Below are positions 63,502-64,000 of a DNA stretch of 64,000 bases, piece after piece. The first letter of the stretch is position 1. Every line of letters begins with the position of its first letter. Made by a program: the position numbers and the translations under genes. The DNA is from Haliotis rubra. Taxonomy: Eukaryota. The DNA is taken from the NCBI RefSeq assembly GCF_003918875.1, contig NW_025765324.1, positions 1 through 64,000 on the forward strand, read 5' to 3'. The notes under the pieces are model-generated. The model was given only the letters and a program-made list of their open reading frames with translations, did not search any database and was not told the origin of the DNA.

Positions 63502-64000
63502 ACCCGTGAAGATCCTGGTTAGAATTGATCTTCAGTAACCCATGCTTGTCGTAAGAGGCGACTAACGGGATCGGGTTGTCAGGCTCGCTGACTTCGTTGA
63601 CACATGTCATCTAGGGCTGGGACGGGTCCAAATTTTCTACCCGGGTACCCCGACCCCTTATTACCCTACCTACCCGGATACCCGTTATGTTAATTCCTGA
63701 CATCAAATTTGCAAGAAATGGCAAATTATTCTTAAGCTCGGGGGCTAAAATTTTGGGTTTTTCAATTATCTTAACCAAGTATTATATTCAAAAGAAGTGA
63801 CTGTAAATAATGTCTAAGTCGTCAAAGACAATGCAACCTTTTAATCATGAAAGAATAACATGATATTACATTGTTTAGTCTATTAGTCACATGATCATAA
63901 CGGGTCCGGGTATTGAGACGGGTACCCGGGTCCAACTCATTACCCACCCGTCCCGGGTATCCCGTCCCATCCTTAATGTCATCGTATCCTAATTGCGTAG
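63502..64000 (+). mobile_element. ACCCGTGAAG-family SINE-like element interrupted by a MITE and running off the window end
   Basis: 63502-63611 matches the family 5' part; the sequence resumes after 63983 (GTATCCTAATTGCGTAG). Confidence 0.85.
63612..63975. mobile_element. hAT-family MITE (364 bp)
   Basis: TIRs TAGGGCTGGGACGGG / CCCGTCCCATCCTTA; perfect 8-bp TSD ATGTCATC (63604-63611, 63976-63983); subterminal ACCCG/CGGGT repeats. Confidence 0.9.

Overview
Eukaryotic, intron-containing, repeat-rich DNA from an invertebrate, most likely a mollusc (the repeat types look abalone/gastropod-like; this is inference). Bases 1501-34509 are a head-to-tail array of ~3.35-kb units. They carry ten near-identical minus-strand copies of a three-exon gene for a small secreted Gly/Tyr/Met/Leu-rich protein (signal peptide + GGLY/GGM/GGL repeats, spliced C-terminus ...GLGKGIGYY*). 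An eleventh copy sits head-to-head on the plus strand (CDS 39335-39905) inside a ~2.5-kb inverted duplication whose inner breakpoint lies in a Harbinger-like MITE. Copies differ mainly in the number of 9-bp in-frame repeats. Three copies carry frameshifts that look like consensus errors, and bases 1-1500 are a garbled copy of the unit. A four-coding-exon PCED1A/FAM113-like SGNH-type esterase gene (395 aa, minus strand) follows at 41722-50353. Its introns hold a V-SINE-like element with a perfect TSD, a Helentron/HINE-type element with a ~172-bp satellite, headless SINE-like elements and a 42-bp minisatellite. The rest contains a LINE remnant, a deleted Tc1 element, foldback elements, a 4-kb 31-bp minisatellite, a probable first exon of a secreted protein and a hAT MITE nested in a SINE. 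The top leads are the amplified, length-variable Gly-rich protein cluster and a headless retroposon family whose fixed 5' end folds into a covarying pseudoknot.
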